From a virus (lineage: Duplodnaviria > Caudoviricetes): 64,000 nt of DNA. The position numbers were made by a program, and so were the translations under genes. Below the pieces are notes generated by a model that was not told where the DNA came from, searched no databases, and saw nothing but the letters and a program-made list of their open reading frames with translations. Location of the stretch: positions 5,537-69,536 of the IMG/VR virus record IMGVR_UViG_3300033068_000911; one strand, written 5' to 3'. Each line of letters begins with the position of its first letter. The first letter of the stretch is position 1. Below are positions 63,087 through 64,000 of the stretch, piece by piece.

Positions 63087-63347
63087 TCAGATGTTACCTA
63101 GAGGCTTGAGCAAGTCCTCAATTTCGCCGACCTCTGCGATTTTGTGCAGCCGGTCAACGAAAGCTTGCGAGCCGTAGATGCGCTCATCGCCATCGTTGTG
63201 AATGATGTAGTGCTCACAGTGCATCTTGCCATTATAGAGCGTCCAGGTCATTGAGACGGCAACGATAGCGCCATCCCTGGTAAAGGCGTGGATGGATGAG
63301 TCCGAAAGCCTAAGGATGTCCACATCGAGCCCGAACATTTTGGTCAT
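63087..63347 (-). CDS. Hypothetical protein
   Basis: GAAAGGGCG SD. Confidence 0.55.
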   Translation of the reverse strand: MTKMFGLDVDILRLSDSSIHAFTRDGAIVAVSMTWTLYNGKMHCEHYIIHNDGDERIYGSQAFVDRLHKIAEVGEIEDLLKPLGNI

Positions 63348-63769
63348 GTCTCTACGCCCTTTCGTTGTTGTTTGCGTGGGCCGGGATGAGTTCGAGTCCT
63401 AGCATCCGTTCGCCACCCTGGTGAACCATGCTTCCCGGCCCTTGTTTTTGTGTCCCTGTCACCGCGACCCGGATCAAGTCTCACCAAAATGCGAGGCATC
63501 CCGCATCTTGGGCGTCTTGGGATAACGCATCCCAAAACAGAGCCCTCCACGAACAGTCTTAGTGCCGCTTGCGATGGTTGCTTGCCATCGCTGGCGCTAT
63601 GGGTACGGTTCCCGATGCCAGCCACGCTCCCGTGCACTTACCGACGAGATGCCCCGTCAATCCACGTTCACGTACCTGGGCGGTAAACTGACCCACCTCA
63701 TGCTGTAGCAGGTGGCCTAGGCCAGTGTGGCCTTGCCGTTGCCCCGCTGTCGTCATTGCTTGTGGTGCA

Positions 63770-63799
63770 AACCTAGCACCCTTGCTGCCTTACTGTCAA
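63770..63799 (-). promoter_or_regulatory. Leftward promoter with conserved leader
   Basis: TTGACA-N18-TAGGTT, then GCACCACAAGCAATGACGAC. Confidence 0.7.
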
Positions 63800-64000
63800 C
63801 CTGGCCAGTGTGGCCATTGTGCGAGTGCCGTGCGAACCAGTGTGTGCACTGTGGCAATCACACGAGGCGTCGCGTTGCTCTCGACTCTCGCAAGCTTTGG
63901 TGGCCTTTGGCCTAACCGTTTGTTGCGATGTCCTCATCATGGTGCAAGGTCGGCACCAGGCGCAACGTGGTCCGAATGGTGAGACGTTGCAGGTCAGCGG

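Noticed and set aside
63375-63425. Third T-loop-like element (GAGTTCGAGTCC)
   Set aside because: The stem is imperfect, the orientation is opposite to local transcription and the GATGGTCG bulge is missing.
1-64000. Integrase, ParA/ParB, canonical relaxase, terminase, portal and canonical tRNA genes
   Set aside because: No supporting motifs were recognised. They may lie outside the window, so lifestyle cannot be settled here.

Overview
The window is most of the genome of a high-GC siphovirus, probably infecting Actinomycetota; terminase and portal genes lie outside it. The + strand arm (about 0.1-41.9 kb) carries head, neck and tail genes with a -1 frameshifted tail chaperone and a 1719-aa tape measure, three holin-like genes, a Gram-positive-type conjugation (T4SS-like) module, a primase-polymerase/helicase replication block and an HNH-FtsK fusion. 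The - strand arm (about 41.9-64 kb) carries a FliA/WhiG-like sigma factor, an amidase endolysin, candidate anti-defence genes, a helicase, ArdC and a sliding-clamp-like protein. No integrase, ParAB or relaxase was recognised. Top observations: (1) at 48.98-50.57 kb a self-promoted operon with a stand-alone Cas7/RAMP-like gene and five arrays of GGC-NN pentamers separated by tRNA-minihelix-like hairpins, a candidate RNA-guided system with a gapped targeting code (VIPR-like); (2) a conjugation module inside a virion-encoding genome; (3) an 81-nt tmRNA reduced to its tRNA-like domain; (4) the 10-mer GGCCAGGGCG, about 37 exact copies on both strands, mostly inside genes and in all reading frames; (5) two about 210-bp inverted G/C-tract loci 33 kb apart; (6) a head-closure gene apparently split across two ORFs. 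All calls come from manual motif reading; no database searches were run, and counts are by eye.
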